From Candidatus Bathyarchaeota archaeon (GTDB taxonomy: Archaea > Thermoproteota > Bathyarchaeia > TCS64), in contig CAVYVF010000002.1 in NCBI GenBank assembly GCA_963771885.1, positions 416,001-480,000 on the forward strand: a stretch of DNA of 64,000 bases, read 5' to 3'. The position numbers and the translations under genes were made by a program. Below, piece after piece: positions 60,338 to 64,000 of this stretch. Under the pieces are notes generated by a model. The model worked only from the letters and a program-made list of their open reading frames with translations. It ran no database searches and was not told where the DNA came from. Within the stretch, counting starts at the first letter, position 1, and every line of letters begins with the position of its first letter.

Positions 60338-61772
60338 ATGAGCGGCGTCCTGGGGCTCGGAAAAGTCTCGCGGGAAGTCTTCGAGAGGAGTGTTCTTCCG
60401 TACATTCCACTCGATAGGGAACTTGAGCTCGATGGGGCGACAGTGAGTCTCACCGATAAAACAGTTATCGCCCACAGCCCCAGCATCGGTGTGCCTCTTG
60501 AGGCACTGGGCTTCTTCGCCTTCCACTATGCGGCTAGCAATGTTGCCTGCAGATTCGGCGTTCCAACACACATGATAGCCGGCATCTACCTCCCCCTGAA
60601 AACGAGGGAGAGTGACCTCAAGATAATCGCTAAAAGTTTAGGCGACGAGGCGAGGAAGTACGGCGTAGTAATAGTGGCAGGCCAGACAGCCACATACTAT
60701 GGGCTGGAGATACCCTTCGTCTCGACAACGTGCCTCGGCGAGCAGAAGCGGAAACCTTCGAAGCTCTGCGTAGGGGACATAGTCCTCCTCGTCGGCGAAG
60801 TTGGGGGGGAGGCGGTCTGGATAACGGGCCTCAGCAGGGGGGCGGAAGACGACAGGTGGAGGGATTTCACTGCGCTTCCGAAGATACGCGCCATATCCGA
60901 CGTCGAGGGGGTGAAGTTACTCCACGACGTGTCCGAGGGGGGAGTCAAAGGCGCTCTAGGCGAAGTCCTCAGAAGCTTTGGGTTGGGACTCAGTTTCGAC
61001 TCCTCAAGCCTCGCCTACGTGAAGGGGGCGCAGAAGCTCGAGCAGGACCTCCTCAGGGCACCGACCTATGGTACACTCATCGCTATTGTTGACCCGTCTT
61101 CACGTTGACGAAGTGAAGAAAAGGTGCGGGGTGATAGGCGCCCACGTCAGCATTCTCGGCGCCCTACTGGAGAAAGAGGGGCTAACGGTCGATGGCGCAA
61201 GAGTTGAGGAGCAGGCACGCATAGAAATTGACGAACTCTACGGTAGTTTCAGGAAGCTCGACGAGCTCGAGGAGGCGGTGAGTCTCGCTCTCGGCGAGAT
61301 CGAGGGACTCAAGGGAGCCGAACGTCTCATCCCCCAAGTGGGATTGAATCTCGTCTATTCGAAGACCGATCCGATGGGTCCCCTTGACGTTGTAGGCTTG
61401 AACGGCCGCGTCGTCGTTAGCAAGGGCAGACCAAAAGCGTGCGGCGAAGTCGAGTATGGGGGCTCGCGCTTCATGGCCTCCGTCGTCATCGAGGCGCAGA
61501 GGAGGGACGCGAGGCTCCGCACCGCTGTCGTCATAAGAGGAGGAGAAGACGTGGCGGATGCTCTCAGACAGATAGGAAAAACGGTGATCAGCCTACCGCC
61601 CGAGACACTCGGGGAGGGCTGCCCCGTCACGCGCTTCATCCTCTCCGGCGGCAAAATGGCGGACGCCTACAGCCACCCGGGGGCATTAGGTATCGAGCCG
61701 ACGACCACTATACTGGATGAGTCCCCGGAAAAGCTCGTCGCCACACTGCGAGAGTTGCTGAAGCATGTCTGA
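60338..61772 (+). CDS. AIR-synthase(PurM/ThiL/HypE)-like domain fused to a ThiN thiamine-phosphate-synthase-like domain (frameshift near 61099)
   Basis: N-terminal GLGKV...ASNVA...LHDVSEGG; C-terminal LIPQVGLNL...GLNGRV...EYGGSR...GALGIEP. Confidence 0.7.
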
Positions 61773-62428
61773 AGCTGTAGACGCCTTCGATAGGGTGGCG
61801 TTTAGCTACGACACCTGGTACGAGACAGAGAAGGGGAGGCAGGTGCTCTCAGCCGAGAGGAGGATTGTGGCCGGGTTTCTTCCCAATGAGGGCATCGGGT
61901 TAGAGATTGGCGCGGGTACCGGCGTTTTCGCCGAGGCCCTCACCAACTCTATGAGGTGCGTTGTATGTCTCGATCTTTCAACCAAGATGCTCACAAGAGC
62001 AGCGGGCAGGGGGTTACCATGCGTCCTCGGTAGCGCCGAGGCTATGCCCCTTAGAGGATGAGTCACTCGGCTTTGCCTACATGGTCACTGTCATAGAGTT
62101 TCTAGAAGACCCTGTCGCCTCCCTGAGGGAGGCATCGCGTGTAACGATTCAGAACGCGCCGATTGTGACACTGTTCATCAACAGGGAGAGCGACTGGGGA
62201 GAACTCTACACCGCTATGACGGAGAAGGGAGACCCCGTCTTCAGCCACGCCCATCTCTACACGCTCGATGAGGTTGAGGAGATCGCCCGTAGGGCGGGTT
62301 TGAAACGCGGTGGAGCGCTCGGCACACTCACCGAGAGCCCCACCTCCCCTGATGCGGGCGACGAGTTGATCGTACCAAGCAGGGAGACTGGCGTCATCGC
62401 CGTCAAGCTCGCGAAAAACCCCGCCTAG
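61765..62428 (+). CDS. Class I SAM-dependent methyltransferase (frameshift near 62056)
   Basis: YDTWY, LEIGAGTG, DLS, then IEFLEDP...EASRV. Confidence 0.82.
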
Positions 62429-62475
62429 CAAGGAGTTAGGTAAGTTTTATTAGCCCGCCCAAGCCCATACGAGGC

Positions 62476-62560
62476 GAAGGGGAGCTGGGCGAAAGCCCGG
62501 CTGAGAGGACGAAAGTCGTCGACCCTAGGAACCTGATCCGGGTAATACCGGCGAAGGGAT
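62476..62560 (+). promoter_or_regulatory. TPP riboswitch
   Basis: GGGGAGCTGGGCGAAAGCCCGGCTGAGAGGACGAAAGTCGTCGACCCTAGGAACCTGATCCGGGTAATACCGGCGAAGGGA, ending a few nt before the thiT ATG. Confidence 0.92.
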
Positions 62561-62565
62561 GTGTC

Positions 62566-63090
62566 ATGAGCGGTAACGGTACAAGGACGAATACCAGGGA
62601 ACTGGCAGAGATATCCGTAACCGTGGCACTATCCGTTGTCCTAAACTACATAAAGATCTACCAGCTCCCGTGGGGTGGCTCCATCACCCTAGGAAGCATG
62701 GTACCGATCATGCTGCTCGCCTACAGGCGCGGGCCGAAAGTCGGGATCATGGCTGGGATAGTCTTCGGCCTGGTCCAGATGGCTCTGGAGGGGTACATCT
62801 ACTACCCTGTCCAGATCATCCTCGACTACCCGCTTGCCTTCGCGTGTCTGGGACTCGCGGGCCTATTCAAGAAGCAGCCCCTTATCGGCGTCGTGGTCGC
62901 GTTGACCGGCCGATTCCTCTCACACTTCATTAGTGGTGTCGTATTCTTCGCAGAGTATGCCCCACCTGATTTAGGACCGTATGTTTACAGCGCGATATAC
63001 AATGGCAGCTACATACTCGGGGAGATGGTGATCAGCGGCATCATCATCTACCTGTTATGGAAACGGGCGCCACAGTTGTTTAATGTTTAG
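62566..63090 (+). CDS. thiT: Energy-coupled thiamine transporter ThiT (ECF S component)
   Basis: LPWGGSIT, QIILDYPLAF, RFLSHFISGVVFF, YSAIYNGSY. Confidence 0.9.
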   Translation: MSGNGTRTNTRELAEISVTVALSVVLNYIKIYQLPWGGSITLGSMVPIMLLAYRRGPKVGIMAGIVFGLVQMALEGYIYYPVQIILDYPLAFACLGLAGLFKKQPLIGVVVALTGRFLSHFISGVVFFAEYAPPDLGPYVYSAIYNGSYILGEMVISGIIIYLLWKRAPQLFNV

Positions 63091-63124
63091 CCAGTAACAA
63101 CTCTACTTTTTTTCTTTTATTGAC

Positions 63125-63391
63125 CTAGATGCTAGGATGCACCCTGTTGCCTATGTCCATTATACCCTGTATCCAGTAGAGGTAGCTGTTGACGGCGGCG
63201 CGCAGCGCCACCATGTCGTCAGCCACTACCTTGACGACCACTCCGCTATCGGACGCTTCGAGGACGACGTTGGACCTCTCTGAGAGACCCCGATCAAGCT
63301 CGGGCTTGAGGGAGCTGATGATGATGTCGACAACGTCTCTCGTGGCTTCTACGGTTATCTTTGCCTCGGCTTGACTTCGTCGAGGCTCCAA
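63125..63391 (-). CDS. pcc1: KEOPS complex subunit Pcc1
   Basis: SLKPE...RS...ADDMVALRAAVNSYL; follows rpl37ae. Confidence 0.85.
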   Translation of the reverse strand: MEPRRSQAEAKITVEATRDVVDIIISSLKPELDRGLSERSNVVLEASDSGVVVKVVADDMVALRAAVNSYLYWIQGIMDIGNRVHPSI

Positions 63392-63420
63392 AATTAGTCT
63401 TCTCCGGGAGGACGGTGGGT

Positions 63421-63669
63421 CTAGGCCTGGACCCTTGTGGATGCCTGGCCCAGCTTCGTCGTTGGGACGTATGCACCGCCGGCGAACTTGTAGCCGCACT
63501 TGCTGCAGGACCAGATGCCGACGACGCTACGCGTAACCCTCGGGCTCGCGCAGCTCGGGCACTTGTGTGGCTCCTTTAACTGGAGCATTATGCGTGTCCA
63601 GCGCTTCTGTATGGCGGCTCCTCCGCGGGTCCTGAGTCGCAGACCGTACGTCTTCTTCTTTCTTGTCAT
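63421..63669 (-). CDS. rpl37ae: 50S ribosomal protein L37Ae
   Basis: HKCPSC...VGIWSCSKCGYKFAGGAY. Confidence 0.93.
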   Translation of the reverse strand: MTRKKKTYGLRLRTRGGAAIQKRWTRIMLQLKEPHKCPSCASPRVTRSVVGIWSCSKCGYKFAGGAYVPTTKLGQASTRVQA

Positions 63670-63671
63670 CG

Positions 63672-64000
63672 TTAGTCGCCTGTGGCCTTAGCCCTTAACT
63701 GGGGCGCTTTAGCTTGCGCCATATTTATGCATTTCTTAATCTCCTCGGGTGTTAGGCCTTCGGAGCCGCTCTTCTGCATGGTGCAGAGGTGGCCGTCCTC
63801 GTCGAAGGTGATGGTCAGGCGGGCGTCCATGACCTCTTCCTCGTCCGCGGTGGGATCCATGATGAAGTTGTCCCCGATCTTTATGACGCTGACTGGGATG
63901 GGCCTCTTGCACACTGTGAGCGGCACCTTCTCGCCGGTCGGCTTCCCCTCGCTGAATACGGGTTTCTTTGCCCCGAGGAGCGCCGCTACCGCGCCTGCAC
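63672..64000 (-). CDS. rrp42: Exosome complex component Rrp42 (3' part; 5' end outside the window)
   Basis: GAVAALL...PIPVSVIKIG...DPTADEEEVMDARLTI...MQKSG; standard rrp42-rpl37ae-pcc1 synteny. Confidence 0.88.
   Translation of the reverse strand, partial: AGAVAALLGAKKPVFSEGKPTGEKVPLTVCKRPIPVSVIKIGDNFIMDPTADEEEVMDARLTITFDEDGHLCTMQKSGSEGLTPEEIKKCINMAQAKAPQLRAKATGD

Noticed and set aside
1..64000. CRISPR arrays, transposases, integrases, inteins, rRNA genes
   Set aside because: None seen; no integrase or att-like duplication noticed beside the four tRNAs.

Overview
Archaeal chromosomal window (~55% GC). Gene content and protein style point to a TACK archaeon, most likely Bathyarchaeia (inference). 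Most of it is housekeeping: GINS-MCM; the conserved rnp3/rnp2-rpo10-rps2-MEMO1-mvk-ipk-fni-GGPPS-gltX and rpl7ae-rps28e-rpl24e-ndk blocks; rrp42-rpl37ae-pcc1; four tRNAs (Leu-CAG, intron-containing Tyr-GTA, Arg-TCG, Ser-GCT); and many peptidases and amino-acid catabolic genes. Highlights: (1) a complete bacillithiol-type biosynthesis locus (bshB-bshC convergent with bshA) plus two tandem DinB-family candidate thiol S-transferases, in an archaeon; (2) two intergenic C/D-box guide sRNA candidates whose guides match 23S rRNA helix 69-71, one pointing at positions equivalent to eukaryotic 2'-O-methylated adenosines; (3) two TPP riboswitches apparently lacking P1, heading an ECF S-component operon with an AIR-synthase-like::ThiN fusion, and thiT; (4) an OSTC/DC2-OST3/6-like gene, a split/duplicated thyX pair, an orphan glmL module and probable ACG start codons. 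About a dozen single-base frameshifts, two in essential gltX, most likely reflect sequencing or assembly error. All calls come from motif recognition by eye; no database searches were run.
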